64,000 nucleotides of DNA from Macrostomum hystrix (Eukaryota > Animalia > Platyhelminthes): the NCBI GenBank assembly GCA_950097015.1, contig CATNEN010000039.1, forward strand, positions 372,001-436,000, given 5' to 3'. Position numbers and translations under genes: made by a program. The notes beneath the pieces are model-generated. The model did not search any database. It saw only the letters and a program-made list of their open reading frames with translations, and had not been told where the DNA came from. Positions 1 through 13,615 of this stretch are shown piece after piece. Every line of letters begins with the position of its first letter. The stretch's first letter is position 1.

Positions 1-3000
1 GCACCTCGCTCTCCACTGTGCTATGCCTGTCAGCTGGCGCAGCTAGTAGGCTGCGCTTTCTGCGCCGCAGGTGTGCCGGAAGCGGCATTGGCGCGCTCTC
101 GGGTGCGCCGGCGTCATCTTCCTCTCTGGCCATTGTTGGCAAGCTGCATGTGAGTCGAGGTGCACAACTTCTAACCGCTTCTGCCAACTTTTGAGCACCC
201 ACAAATTTAAGGTAGGTGCTGGAACACTCGGTATAGAGCGGAAATTTTGCTAGAACAAGGCTATTGTAAGCGCATTCAAATTGCTTTCAAATTGGATTGC
301 CTTTGACAGCAGGGAGTTCAATGGAAGCGAAAATAGAACATTTAATGCTGGAATCTAGCTCGAAGAAAGGATAGTGCGTTGCAATGCTCAGTGGAAAATG
401 ACAAATTCAAAAGATGCAGAAATAATCGACAAATGGAATACTCCGACTCACTTAGCTAGGTCATCGAATAGGCTGGGTGTGCTGATGGAGCGCGAAGATG
501 CTGCTAGTTGCTGCTGCTGCTGCTGCTGGAGTTGCTGTTGCTGCCCTGCCCGCGCCTCCTCAGATGGAAAATCATATATTAATCCAGAATTCATCATAGA
601 CTGGCTCATAGAATGAGTCATGGAGTGATTCAAAGCCTGGCTCATGCACGCATGACTCATGGACTGGCTCATGGAGTGGCTCATGCTCATTTCACCGGTG
701 GGGCCTAGCACTAGTGAGTCGGTCTCAGCAAATTGCCCTCTGCCACGGCTGGCGACGTCTGCTCGGAAGTCGGTGGCAGAAGCGACTACGTCCTCGGCCG
801 TGTCGAACAGGAGGTCGTCGATCGAGCGACCAATCTCAGTTTGCGCACATGCAGTTTCCTTCAGCGCCACTGCTCCCTGCTTTGGGTGAATCAAAGTTGC
901 TGTTTATTTAATGTAATCAATCTCAAGTAAAATAGATTGATTACTGTCAATTAATTTCTGTCAACGAACAGGAGGAAGTTTGGTCGTGGGATGTGAATGG
1001 CAAATCAACAGATCGATATATTATAGCGAAGTTACGATGAGACTTGAATCCCAATCTGAATGTGAATAAGCTTGTCTTAATGCCTAGTCATTACCTCAGA
1101 TGCTGGATCCTGCGTCTGTGGACTCCGCAACAAATAGTTCTCTGAAACGTAGGAATTGATACTTTATTAACCTGCTGATAAACATCTCAAGATCCCAACA
1201 TTACATGGTGCGAAATCAGGCAGCTCAATACCACTGTGATCACACTCTGCACTCTCATCCCCAAATCTGCACTCTCATCCCCAAATCTGCACTCTCATCC
1301 CCAAATCTGCACTCTCATCCTCAAATCTGCACTCTCATCCCCAAATCTGCACTCTCATCCCCAAATCTGCACTCTCATCCTCAAATCTGCACTCTCATCC
1401 CCAAATCTGCACTCTCATCCCCAAATCTGCACTCTCATCCCCAAATCTGCACTCTCATCCCCAAATCTGCTCTCTCATCCTCAAATCTGCACTCTCATCC
1501 CCAAATCTGCACTCTCATCCCCAAATCTGCACTCTCATCCCCAAATCTGCTCTCTCATCCCCAAATCTGCTCTCTCATCCTCAAATCTGCTCTCTCATCC
1601 TCAAATCTGCACTCTCATCCTCAAATCTGCTCTCTCATCCCCAAATCTGCACTCTCATCCCCAAATCTGCTCTCTCATCCTCAAATCTGCTCTCTCATCC
1701 TCAAATCTGCACTCTCATCCTCAAATCTGCACTCTCATCCCCAAATCTGCTCTCTCATCCTCAAATCTGCTCTCTCATCCTCAAATCTGCACTCTCATCC
1801 TCAAATCTGCACTCTCATCCCCAAATCTGCACTCTCATCCCCAAATCTGCACTCTCATCCCCAAATCTGCACTCTCATCCCCAAATCTGCGCTCTCATCC
1901 CCAAATCTGCACTCTCATCCCCAAATCTGCACTCTCATCCCCAAATCTGCACTCTCATCCTCAAATCTGCACTCTCATCCTCAAATCTGCACTCTCATCC
2001 CCAAATCTGCACTCTCATCCCCAAATCTGCATTCTCATCCCCAAATCTGCACTCTCATCCCCAAATCTGCTCTCTCATCCCCAAATCTGCTCTCTCATCC
2101 TCAAATCTGCACTCTCATCCTCAAATCTGCACTCTCATCCCCAAATCTGCACTCTCATCCCCAAATCTGCATTCTCATCCCCAAATCTGCACTCTCATCC
2201 CCAAATCTGCTCTCTCATCCCCAAATCTGCTCTCTCATCCCCAAATCTGCTCTCTCATCCTCAAATCTGCACTCTCATCCTCAAATCTGCACTCTCATCC
2301 CAACCGGTTCCTCAGTTCCCGCATGATACTCACCGTCCACATGCCCAGCCTCTAGAGTAGGGAATATGTCCAAATCCTCCTCCAGCCGGGTGTCGGCTTT
2401 CTCCTTGTTGGTGGTCATGATGACTAGAGATGCCCCAGTGGGCGTCTGCCACGACCGCACGCTGACAACGGCTTCCTCTTGGCCCTGGATGCGGCTGCCC
2501 CTGCCGTCCAGCTGATCCAGCCAGTCGTGGAGTCTGGTCGGACTGGACAGCAGACTGTGAAAGCGGGGGTTCCGCACCAGCTGAAGAACAGTGGGGCCTC
2601 CTGAGGATGCGGGCTGGCCCAGCCAAAACTCCGGTTGGCCGGTGAGCCGCAGCAGATATGCGAGCGACTCGAGCCAGCCGGCCTCGGCGAGGTAGTGGAA
2701 TACGGTCCGCTGCTCACCGCAGAAGTCGCCTGCCTCGGAAACGGCGGCTGGGACGGCTGGAATTTTGCGCAGCGCGGCGCACAGGCGCCGGTCGGTGTCC
2801 TCCGATGGCAGAACTGGCGGGCTGCTCAGGGAATCCGGCACCAGCGGGAATGCCTCGGCGATGTCAGTGGCCACGCCTAGCAGCAGGTCGGGAGTAAATG
2901 TGAAGGCTGAGCTGAGCAGACGCTGCGAGTTTACGAATACGCTGAGCTCGACTCGCTCCGGTATGTCGTGCTCTGAGAAGTTGCGGAAGTTCGCAGGATG

Positions 3001-5824
3001 AGGGCTGTTTCTAGAGGTATTTTAAATAGCCTGTGTTGATTAACAAAAACTGAACAAACTAAACTGGAATACACTGTGACTATTTAGCACTATGAACCGC
3101 TAGTGGACACGGGATGGAATTCAGGGGCTGGAAAAACGGAATAGAGGCATGAGACATGCCAGGATCCTCCAATCCTATTAAAGCAGGCATTCAGAACTGC
3201 TTGCCCTCTTTGAATAGCACAGGCAATCAGCAAGGGCTGACTCGGACCCGAAACTGTTTAGGGCAATGGCTTACCACCTGTTACCAGCAAGCTTGAGTTG
3301 TTCCTGGCTGGTTTAGAGACTTGCTCGTTCGACATGCGTCTCTGACTATCTCGCCATTATAAGTCTCTCAAACAGAGGGTGGGCAGCCCGCTTTGTGGCA
3401 TTGTACAATGCTTTTGTCCAGAACAGTCTAAGTGCTCTGCCCTGGCTCCGCAGAGCTCCGGCTCTGTGAAGAGGCGCTGCAGCAAAACAGTCACGAAGAA
3501 TACAAAGCCGAGCAAACAAGAGCTGAGCGCAGCCCGCAGCCCAATCTCAGACCCTTTGATATCAGCTGCGATCGCAAACAACCAGGGACAGCGCTAAGCC
3601 CCGGTGCCCCACCACGCAGGGCCGTAGGCGGAGCACAGAGACACTCGACTATTTTGCTTGGAGTACGCAACGCGATCGATAGTTCACGGCTCAAAGATGT
3701 CAGATGGCATGTACGAGTATGAGTGAAATGTCGAACAGCAAGTCAGTCCTCCCAGATGCTCTCAGTACTCAGTTGTTTAAATTTGCGAAATAAGCTATAC
3801 GTTGACGAGTGATCTACTCCACTGATTCTACCGTAGATTCCAATCCACAGTGGAGAAGGCAAACGGAGAGTAACCACTATTGTGAGCTGCACTGAGACTC
3901 CCGATATTTGCAATTTAGAAGTTCTAAGAGATTTACTCGTAGTATAGGTGGATTAAAATTTGCTGATGCAACTGTTTATCAGGCAGTTTCACTTAATCGG
4001 CTGAGTTGGGCTTCTAAAATAAGGCTTTGTTATGGTTTGAAGTGACAGACAATGCGAACAGGGGCTGCCATCAAAGTGCATGCACCAGGCTGACAACTCT
4101 CTCTGGCTCCCAGCCACCAGCAGAAGGCGCAAAAATGCTAGTATGTTAGAGTTGTACCGAGCCTGCGCGCACGGAGCTCAATTCTGCAGGCGCTATTTTT
4201 AGCCCAGACCCAGCGACCATTTCACAGAGCAGATTCACATTGGGTGGGCCCTGCACTTGGCCGTTTTGTTTGGCTTCTGTTCTGGCAGTCAACCGTGCCG
4301 CACTGTCAACACCGGCAGGTGAGTGCAGTGCAATAAATTTGCCAAGTGACAGAGACATGGCACAGTTAAACAGGCGAACGCACTTGCGGGAACTTAAATG
4401 ACTTAAACTGGTGCTTCTGTGGCGCCAGACAGACAATTAATCCCTTGATTTGAATCCACCTTTGTGTACATTTTAGTTGAAATAGTGCTGCTGCTCAGCA
4501 CAGACTGCGTTATATATATATATTTGCTGAATTACTGAATAATGAGTTCTGCAGCTCAGCTTGGGCATCGCCGGCTTGAAGGCAGGTTCGTGGACTTAAG
4601 CGGCCTAATTGGAAGGTGATCGCATAATCAAATTGAACGTCTTTAGCCTGATTGTAGCCATCTACCCTGATCTGAGTGTCACCTGATGGTAGCAGTCCTG
4701 GCTCCCCTCGAAAGAAAGTTTACCTTGCCCGTCATGTTTAGAACTTTATTATAGGTGAATTATCGGCCAGCCCCATGCCCTCCACACCTCACTGCGGGAC
4801 TGCGAACGGAAAGCGAAGAGAAATGGTAACTGCGAGATTTTTAGTGAAGAGGACCCAGGAGCATTTCTCCAAGGAAAAACCTCCAAGGAGAGCACTTCGA
4901 AAGAGAGCAGTGTGCCATGCGAAAAGCGGTGCCTTAAGAAAAGCGGTGGATGTTACAACGGGGAGGAGAAAGCGAGCCGATCTAGAACGAGAAACACGCC
5001 TGATAAGATCTTACCTGGCACCCGGGAAAAGAGCGCTCGCTGCGTCCGTATGAGCTCACAGGAGGCTAGATGGCGCCGGTTCGAGCCTTCGAACACCAGG
5101 CAGTAGCGGAGCCCGTCAGCTGCGATGCGCCCTACGTCCGGCTGCGACTGCGGCAGTAGCAGGAGGATCGGCTCGCCGCCCTGCGCAGGGGAGGGGGAAC
5201 CTTGGATGTTAGTATGACAGTATCATAATCTTTGCAGGGGCTGGAGATTTTGGCGACATTCGGCTTACAGCCAGAGAGGTGTCAATTCTATCCATTCCTC
5301 TGATCCCTGAGCACATATTGGTTCATGCATACTCAGGCAGACACTTGCACAGGTGTGTACTTCTCGGCGCCCGAGGGGTTGGCCCTCGTGAGCCTTGATT
5401 GCCGATAAGCCCTCTTGCCTTCTTAACGCAGCTGCGCCATAAACTAATGTGGCCTCGCCCCGGCCTTGAGCTCAGGAACTTTGGGCGCTTTTGATCTCTG
5501 CTACTTACATCCTGACCTCGGATGTTAAATGGCTAAATTTTCTGTGTTGAAGCTCTAGCGTACTTCTCAAAACCCACTCAAAACCGAGCTTTAAAATCCA
5601 AATTTAGAAATCACATTTGCAATTCTCAAGATATAATGCTAGCCTGCAAGCCATAGTGTGCTACAACTTACGCGCACGGAAGCCTCTGTTGGCACAATGA
5701 GCACCTCGGCATCGCGTTGAGTCCGCGTCTCGCTGCTACTGCCACCGCCCCCGCCGCCGCGCGCGACTTGAGTGAGCGTGGTCGAGTTTCTAAGAAAGTT
5801 CCAGATGCTCTTGTCCGCCTGCAT
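1..5824 (-). CDS. AKAP13: AKAP13/ARHGEF28-like Rho GEF, N-terminal part (multi-exon; continues beyond window start)
   Basis: Phase-compatible GT-AG exons: 5672-5824, 5015-5180, 2334-2972, 1095-1141, 452-876, 1-143. The spliced protein reads IVPTEASVRGGEPILLLL...RYCLVFEGSNRRHLAS...RVPEHDIPERVELSV...DRRLCAALRKIP...RTVFHYLAEAGWLESLAYLL. This matches the AKAP13/ARHGEF28 N-terminal domain as I recall it (YLVFxGSxxRH, PGHD, ETLxHFAxRLGL). The DH-PH domain is not in the window, so orthology rests on the N-terminus only. Confidence 0.75.
1246..2300. repeat. 20-bp minisatellite (CCAAATCTGCACTCTCATCC), ~53 copies, intronic
   Basis: Near-perfect tandem array with 20-bp period, starting ~30 nt from the donor at 2333 (-). 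It produces the spurious ORFs 1205..2326 and 1236..2360. Confidence 0.98.
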
Positions 5825-8330
5825 TTCTGCCGCACGGAATTGGTGCCGCAGGCTTCAGACTAGGCTTAGCGGTAATTCCGCTGCCATCCTTTGGAGTGCC
5901 TTCTGTTGCCGCTCGCAGCCACAGTGCATCTGCAGCAAATGTGAAGTTGCTGCGAGAAGCTTGAGCTAAAAGCTTCGGCGTTTGTCGATCGCAAATGGGC
6001 GCTAAAGTTTGGCACGCGGCTGGGCAGGAGTGAACAGTCGCGAGAAAGCAACGGGCCGCAACAGGTACGTCTGTTTTTAGTTCTTGACCAAGAGAAAATT
6101 GTTGGAAAGAGAGACAAGGCGAGCTACATGGTGTGAGACGCACTTCTCTATGCCCTGAGCAAAGTCCGACAGTTCCGTACTGCTCGCAGTCTGGCTGTCT
6201 TCTTCTCTTGTTCTTTCCTCTCCCTCTGTCGTTTCTAACTCTGGCTCAATGCGATTCGCCCTGCCTAAAGTCTCAGAGAAAGACTCGCTTCACGTGGGCA
6301 GCTACCCTTCCCGCCCGCTGCTCAGCTGTGGCGCCCGATCATGCATTATTATGCAGATAATAATGCAGATCGGAGAGCCAGCTAGCGAAATCGGGTGTGC
6401 AGGGTCGAGCCGGCGCTGCCTCCTACATGTTTGCTTAGCGCAGCAGCTCCTGAGTTTGAGTGCTTTTTGGGTTGGCCAAAACCGGCAAATACTTGTAGTT
6501 CTCGCCCAAATGCAGAAATCCCGTGCCAAACTTCTTTTTTCTGGGGTTCAAAGTTCACTGTTTGGCAGTTTGACACTTTCACGCCTGCCGAGAACTCCTG
6601 CGTCTAAATACACACCTAGCCCTGCTCACAACTTCACAAGGCCCTGTGAATTCCCTGAGCTTTTTCGAATATATTTCAATGAATTGTTTAGAACTGAGGG
6701 GCCACAAGAGGGGGCGAGCGGGTCAGCGGCTAGCGTCGCTGCCTCGCACTCCAATGGACGCTAGTTCGAATCTCCCTTCAAGTCACGATTAATTTCGGGA
6801 CCAGTTGGAGGGCTTGGACAGTAGCGACCGGCGGAGGTGCACCATATTTCGTGCAGTCAAAGCTTGAAATGATAGCTTCGCTCCTACCTTCTGTGTGCCT
6901 GTTCTGCGTTGTGTGAGTTGTGTGCGTTGGCGCTGGGGCGTGAGGCCTTACGATGGGGTGGCTGGGGGCGGGTGCACACCGCCGCGCGCTTTCTGTATTT
7001 CCGTCAGCGCGATTGGATAAGTGTACACTCATCACCCGGCCCTCCCTGATGACTGATTTCTTATCAGCCTTCCGCCCCGGCTTGGTCTGCTCTGTGCGTG
7101 TGGGGCTGGGGTGGGGGGGGGGCACTGCTGCCTTTTCTGGGTGCCTCCTGCCCTCCCCGGCCGGTCTGTGCTGCTGTGTGTGGTGCCTGCTCAGGGGAGG
7201 CGGCGCGATGGGCGCTAAGCGCCTAGTTCACCGGTCTGGGGGCGTGTCGCTCCGTCGCTTGTGCGACAAGTGCCCCGCGCCCCCTGCAAATAGATAGAGA
7301 GGGGCCACAAATAAGAGCGCTTTGGCCCAGCCCATGAGGAGAAATCAGAAAAAGTTCAGTCCCTGTTTTTTCTGATGGTAAAGGACACTCGAGTAGCTCA
7401 GCTACTGCTCGGCTGATGCTGAAGGAGCATCAATTGGTCCAGCCACACTGCTGGTTCGAGGTCTTTCGACCATAGAAAAATTCACTAACGGGTGTGATAA
7501 AATTTCATCTCCACTTGTAAGAGGAACATTCAGCCACACTGCTCGGCTGATGCTGAAGGAGCGGGCCTTGATATTTGAAAATAGAACTATGACTCATGCC
7601 TTGCCCCAAGCGGCAAAGTGAGCTCGTCGCCTACCTATTCATGGCATGCATAGCTATGCGTGCAAACGTGCTGGGCTCTGGGACGCGGAGAAGACAAGTT
7701 GCTGTCGCTTCCATTCAGGCTTTCTGGAGCACTGCCGAGCACTGGAGGGAGCAGCGGAAGAGTTCTATTCAATCGATAAAAATTGCATTTTAAACTCGCC
7801 GTGTTGAATGGGCAGCAACCCGACTCGATCTGTGTTGAGACTCTCGGCTAATTCTCCACTCCTCATTACCGTCTGTTAATTGTGGTGACCGGACAGTTGT
7901 CGCTTCAAATAAGAACGCATCCGGCAGGCTGAGCAAAAATAAATTAACATGTAGCATTTCGGCAACGAAGAGCAGAGCTCAAATACTTACGTCCATTCCC
8001 CGTTTTGCCCTTCGTATTTTGAGGACGGTCGAAGCCATGATCAAAATCTTAAGCTGCAGCCAAAAGCCGATGAGTCATTACTATGAAAGATCTCGTTAGT
8101 GTAATTCGCTAATGCTCATTTAAGTTGTGCTTGCAGTGCTACGGAAATTCTTTGAGTAGTTATGTTTCACACCTGGCCATCGTCAAATGGTCAGCATTTA
8201 AACTTAAAATACTACTTAAACTTTAAGCCCGTACTTTAAAGCTCTGTAAGCTCCGTTATTTGTGCCCCTAGTTAAAGGATTTGGCCCACAGAGAGTTTTA
8301 GCCCGGTGGTTAGAGCTTTGGACGTGTAGA

Positions 8331-9345
8331 ATCACACCCGTTAATGAATTTTTCTATGGAAAAGAAAGTCCGAGGTCTTTCGACCATAGAAAAATTCACT
8401 AACGGGTGTGATAAAATTTCATCTCCACTTGTAAGAGGAACATTCAATGGGGATCGAGCTGCTTTCTTATACAAACCAAGACAGTAAGGTCTTTCTACCA
8501 TAGTACAATTTATTGACGGGTTTGATTAAATAGAATATCTCCACTTGTAAGAAGAGCATCATCGAGCGGGGATCAAACTAAGACTAGGTCTACACAAACT
8601 AAGACAGAGACAGCGATGGACTTTCCTGAATTTAATTTTGAGTGGATTGATGCTTTCTTCGCATCGACCCCTATACGTCTACGACTACCGCTAGTCTCGC
8701 ATCGACCACGTTTACATCTACGACTACTGCCAATCTATCGGCAACTGACTCTGACGATACTGCTCCAGTAGCATCATCTAGTCATTTTGCAGTCGTGTCA
8801 TCTGACGATATCCAACGAAAGTTGCAGGCTGCTATTCCTGACAGCACAAGACGAAAAGAAGAGTGGGCGCTTAACTTTTTCAACCAATGGCGAGACATGC
8901 GACAGGCAAGTATTCTATCTGGTGGCAGGAATGAGCTGATGGTGATAAAGCCGATGGAGGATTGGCGTGCTGGCTAATAGAATTATGTGCTAAAAGTCTT
9001 TTTCTTGGAGATACGAAAGAAGGATGGTGGCAAGTACAACGCATCAACCTTGAAGGACTTGTTTGCGATGCTTTTACACTATAGAACGCATCAGCTTAAG
9101 AAAGATTTTTCGTTATGGAAGGACCCGCAATTTGTGGAGGTGAGAGAGACCTTGGATGCTGCCATGAAGGAGACCGTCCGCGAGGGAAACATACCTGGAG
9201 TGCAAGCCAGCCAGCCAATTTCAACTGAATCGGCCGGGACGAGGAAAGTTGGGGACTGAAAGTTCGAAACAGCTTTTACATCGGCAAGTGCTTCGCCCTA
9301 CTACGAGGTGGAACCGAACTACACGATCTTACGTTGCCAAGCGTC
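8331..9345 (+). mobile_element. Degenerate Crypton-type (DUF3504 tyrosine recombinase) transposon
   Basis: Broken ORFs from ATG 8616: IPDSTRRKEEWALNFFNQWR, FFLEIRKKDGGKYNASTLKDL, KDPQFVEVRETLDAAMKE, then YIGKCFALLRGGTELHDL. This is the DUF3504/Crypton (ZMYM/QRICH1/KCTD1-like) signature. It carries stops and frameshifts, is 3'-truncated, and has inverted and tandem repeats upstream (8331-8600). Confidence 0.8.
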
Positions 9346-9549
9346 CAAGCGATTGTCAGGTCGGCAACCTGTTTCTGTCGTGTCTTCGTGCTGAGAGTTC
9401 TATTAATTCTGGGAAATAGTACCAGAATGCACCAGTTGGTCGCCACACGCTTGAAAGCAATGTCAAAGAAATCACTCAAGGAGCTAGCCAGCGTTTTACT
9501 AATCAGTCTTGGCGAAAAAGAAAAAAGGCCACCAACGCGGCCCCCAACA

Positions 9550-9835
9550 CAATCGCGGCCTCCAACACAATCTTTCCAGTTTTCCGGCCGACGCCGACAA
9601 CGGATCATGCCAGCCGCCCGACGGCGTGGCCCGCGGCCCTCGACTCCTGCCCGTTTGTTTTCGTCCGGTGGGATGGCCATCGAGCACCGCTGCAGAAGCC
9701 CTACGATCGCCCATTCAAGGTCATCCAGTGGGGCGACAAGACCTTCCTGTTGGACCTGGGCACGCGACGCGACCAGGTGTCCGTTGACACACTTAAACCG
9801 GCGATCCTCGATCTGAGGGAGCAAGTTCCGGCACC
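9550..9835 (+). mobile_element. Ty3/Gypsy LTR retrotransposon integrase C-terminal remnant
   Basis: One frame reads FVFVRWDGHRAPLQKPYDRPFKVIQWGDKTFLLDLGTRRDQVSVDTLKPA, a GPY/F module with a VSxDRLKP-like end. Confidence 0.75.
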
Positions 9836-11744
9836 GATTGTGCGACCTCTTTTGTTTTCATTTCCTTTCAATTGCATATTCATTTGTTATTCTTAACGTT
9901 AAGGTGTAGCTTAGTGAGAGCTCTTTCTATTTCTTGTCTAGTTCAATTGTTAAAGGTAAGAAATTCACGCTTAGCCGCGGTCCCGGTCAGCCAGGTGGGC
10001 AGACAGCAACCATCCTGCCAACTCTACCCTGGGCTGAAGCCCCGGCCAATCAGATTACCTCGCTGATTTTCTACCTTGGGCTGGAGCCCCGGCCAATCAG
10101 ATTGCCATGCACGCTGATTTTCTACCTAGGGCGATAGACAGTGGCCGCAGGCCTAAGAACGGATTGAACATAAATAACTACCATAGACGAAGAATTCCTT
10201 TAGAAATTAAGAGCTTGATTAAACATCCAAGAAACAAATAAGTGGAGATGAATTAAGCATGACAGAGGTCAGGAGTTTGACTAAAAGCCAAAGAGAAACA
10301 ATTTGTGTCACTTAAGGTACTTTCTTAATGCCTTACTTCGCCCGGCTATAAACCAAAGTCCTTGCTGTAAACACTGATGTGTGTACCAACATTAGCTGGA
10401 GTTGCATTTTTTGGGTGTGGCTACCTCTCTGTCATGACCTTTCTGGCAATACAGGCCTTTGGACGCGCCGCGCAATAGCTCCTCTCACCTGACTCAACTA
10501 GGTTATTTATAATTTCCATATGTACATTTACATATTGTATGAGTACCCATGCTTCCAATCGCTAAACAGTTTACCAGAGGAGGCTATTTCGCCTACAATA
10601 ATTATCCTTGAGACGTACTAAATCAGCACTATATTTATGGTTTAATTTCGAGGTTTTAATGTTGTCAAAGGCAACAAGTGGTTAAGTTTAAGGACAAAGC
10701 TTATTCGTTTGTAAGGATTCGTGAAATCCTTTAGCACGGTGTTTTAAGTGGTGTTTTTATTAAGGACTACTAAACAACACTGTTGTTTAGTAGTCCTTGG
10801 TTTTTATTCAAAATAAGCTGACCTTTTCTGTTTAAATGATCTGTAACTTTGTCACTTTTTCGCACATATTCAATATAATAAAATGTTCTACGATTTTAAC
10901 ACTGCCGAAAAATTAGACTGTAAGTTTGTTAGCACTTTTGGGCCAACTGAATTAAAACGTCTAAATTTTCTGTCACTCGGCATACTGTGAAGACTGAAGC
11001 AAATGTTTTACTTTGGCCTTTGTATTTAATTGCAGAATAATGAAATACACATTGTAAGACTTCGCAAAAACTTTCACTGTAAAGCATAAGCAAAATTACA
11101 TTGTGCGAGTGTGACTGCATTCACGAAGCCGGCATTTCCTTAGACATTTCCATAGACTTGACTTCTTCTTGTATCAATGTCAAGTATACATGGATTTACG
11201 TTCAAGTAAGCCTAACTAGTCGGTTTTTTGTATAGCTAAATAGGGAAAATAGCAAGCTAGCTATTTAAAATCGCATCAAGAAGTTCGGTGATTTTACTAC
11301 TGTTTGACAGCTAGGCCTGATCGAATTAATTTTGACTAGACCTAGCTAATTAAGTGAGTTAAAGCCACATTTCAATTTCTTGCTAATCTATAGCTTGGTG
11401 GCAAAACTAGTTATAATACGCTCGGCTTGACTTAAAGAAAAAAATAAACAATGCCTTCTTATTTTTGTTATCACTGTAATCTTTATTGTGATGGTTCTGA
11501 AGTGACTAACATAAATATGGTAAGCTTGTTTTTCATCTGTCCTAATGAAATTGAAAACATATTTGTAACTGAGAAATTGGCACTTGTGTTTTCTCATTCA
11601 AGAAACTATTTTTCACTTCACTTTTAATCTAGAGAAATTATATTTCCTTACTTCTCACACTTTTCTGAGTCAGTTTTCAGTGTATGCTGTATTCTGCCTT
11701 TGTTTGTTTGCAAGACTAACAGAAAAAGTAAATATAATATAATA

Positions 11745-12394
11745 GGGTAATGTATCATCAACCAAACAAGAATGTGTATTTTTTTAACTTCAAACCTAAG
11801 CTAGGGGCCTACAGATTTTCTATTTAAGATATGATAATAAATCAAAAGCCAAGTTATAGAAAACAGTTACATCTTTCTAAAAAGTATCTGCTTTTGCTAT
11901 TTTATCAAATAGAAAAAAGTTATTCCTGCTTTTTATCTAAAACCAAACAATGATTTTCATGTATCTTCAAACCAAACAGAGAATTTGATGTTTGGTTTTA
12001 CAATTTGAGTGAGTGGTTTAATCCTATTTTAAGGAGTGAACTATCATAAATTATGTATTTTGAAAGCATTTTTCATGCTCTATAAATAATCTTTTTTATG
12101 GTCATTTTATTGGCAAGCAACCACATACAATCTTTGTCTAAAGTACATACTGAAAAAATGTTGTTAAAAAGTATGCTTTTGCAATAAAAATTTCTACTGA
12201 AACATCAATATCTTTCTTTCCTCTTAATGCTTCATTGCACATCATGCCTCCGCTTGTAGATAATTTCTTTAACTTTCAAATTAGTTGTTCTGTGAAACAC
12301 AATAGCTTGTTTCTGTCTTGCACGAGACCAAGGAAAAAGTCAAAATTCTTGTTTGGTTTTTAAGATACACTGTTCAGTTGATGATACACTGCCC
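11745..12394 (+). mobile_element. ~650-bp MITE with TA target duplication (copy 1)
   Basis: Termini TA|GGGTAATGTATCATCAAC ... GTTGATGATACACTGCCC|TA. A highly similar copy lies in opposite orientation at 49449-50090. Confidence 0.9.
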
Positions 12395-13615
12395 TATTTT
12401 ATTTTGTGTGCTATGACTGATAGGAATCTGTAGAATGGATAGAAATGTCTATGCGCATGATTGGCCTTTTGGGGACCACTGATACTGGCAATCAGGTTTT
12501 CATGAACATGCTATAATGGATTTGTCAATTCTATAGTAATATGGTAACATATCTAACTAAATTAGCAACTAATAATTAACTACTGCCACTATACTGATTA
12601 CACCCTCTCCAAACTTCAACCTTTTTATAGTATATAGGCCTATTGATATTTTCTTAGGCTAAATAAATCTAAATAACAAAGGCTAAATACAGTACACACT
12701 AAAAGCAGACTTAGATGAAAGAGAAAAACTAGAAAATATAATTCCCCTGCCTAAACACTGAAAGTATATTAGGTATAAATGAAACATAATTTAATGAATG
12801 AAAATACATTATTACTGAAAAATATTTTAATATTTATAATTATGCATTAGTACAAAACATTTTGGTAAAATTTTTTTTCTTATATTTCTTTTTCTCAGAA
12901 TTATAGCTATTATGTAATAATCTCATATATTGTATTTTGCATAGCCATAGATTTTAGATAACTAATATTAAGATTGGCTCCTCTTAGCTCCATAATGTTA
13001 TAGCCCTCTATGATATTGCAAACATTATAAAATTATAAATATTAGGTTGTTAATATTATATGTATTATAAATATTTAAGTATTATAAATACTATAAATAT
13101 TACTGCAGGTAAAAAGCTGTTTCTATAGTATAAATATAGTGCATACACTGCAATATATATCGAAATAAACTAGGACTTTGATGCTACCTATCATAAAAAA
13201 TACTTAGAAATCTTTTAAATGTGTGTTCAAAAGTGTTAGTATTTTTTCTACTTTAAGTTGACACTATGATGCTCTAGTCCATGGAGTGCCCTGTGGACTT
13301 GGTGAGAAATCAGAGAGACTTTGAGAGAGAAAACTGCTCATGCCAAGTGAGACTCTACCTGGAGAGAGTATAGTCCCATGTAATAGAGTTGTGGAGAAAA
13401 TGTACTCAAATGGCTTTTTGGGACCAAATATTGTGATATGCAGTAGTATATTTGAAAAGGCTCATGGTCAGGAAGGTGGCAGGTACACAGGAATATTCCA
13501 TCATATATTAATTAGCTTGTTGTGAATGATTCTCCAATTGAGGAATTAAATTTTATGCTGCCTTGAGTGGCACAGCTTTGATGCTAGCAATTATCCTATT
13601 CTCTGCATATTTTAG

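Noticed and set aside
1205-2360. Long repetitive ORFs (373/374 aa)
   Set aside because: Translations of a stop-free 20-bp intronic minisatellite. The real gene is on the opposite strand and splices it out.
6785-6850. Faint resemblance to an 18S rRNA segment (GATTAAT..GGGAC.AGTTGG.GGC)
   Set aside because: Too short and gapped, and flanking sequence does not follow rRNA.
6249-7297. Several 100-170 aa ORFs in GC-rich DNA upstream of the RhoGEF
   Set aside because: No recognisable motifs or coherent splice structure; likely promoter, UTR or repeat DNA.
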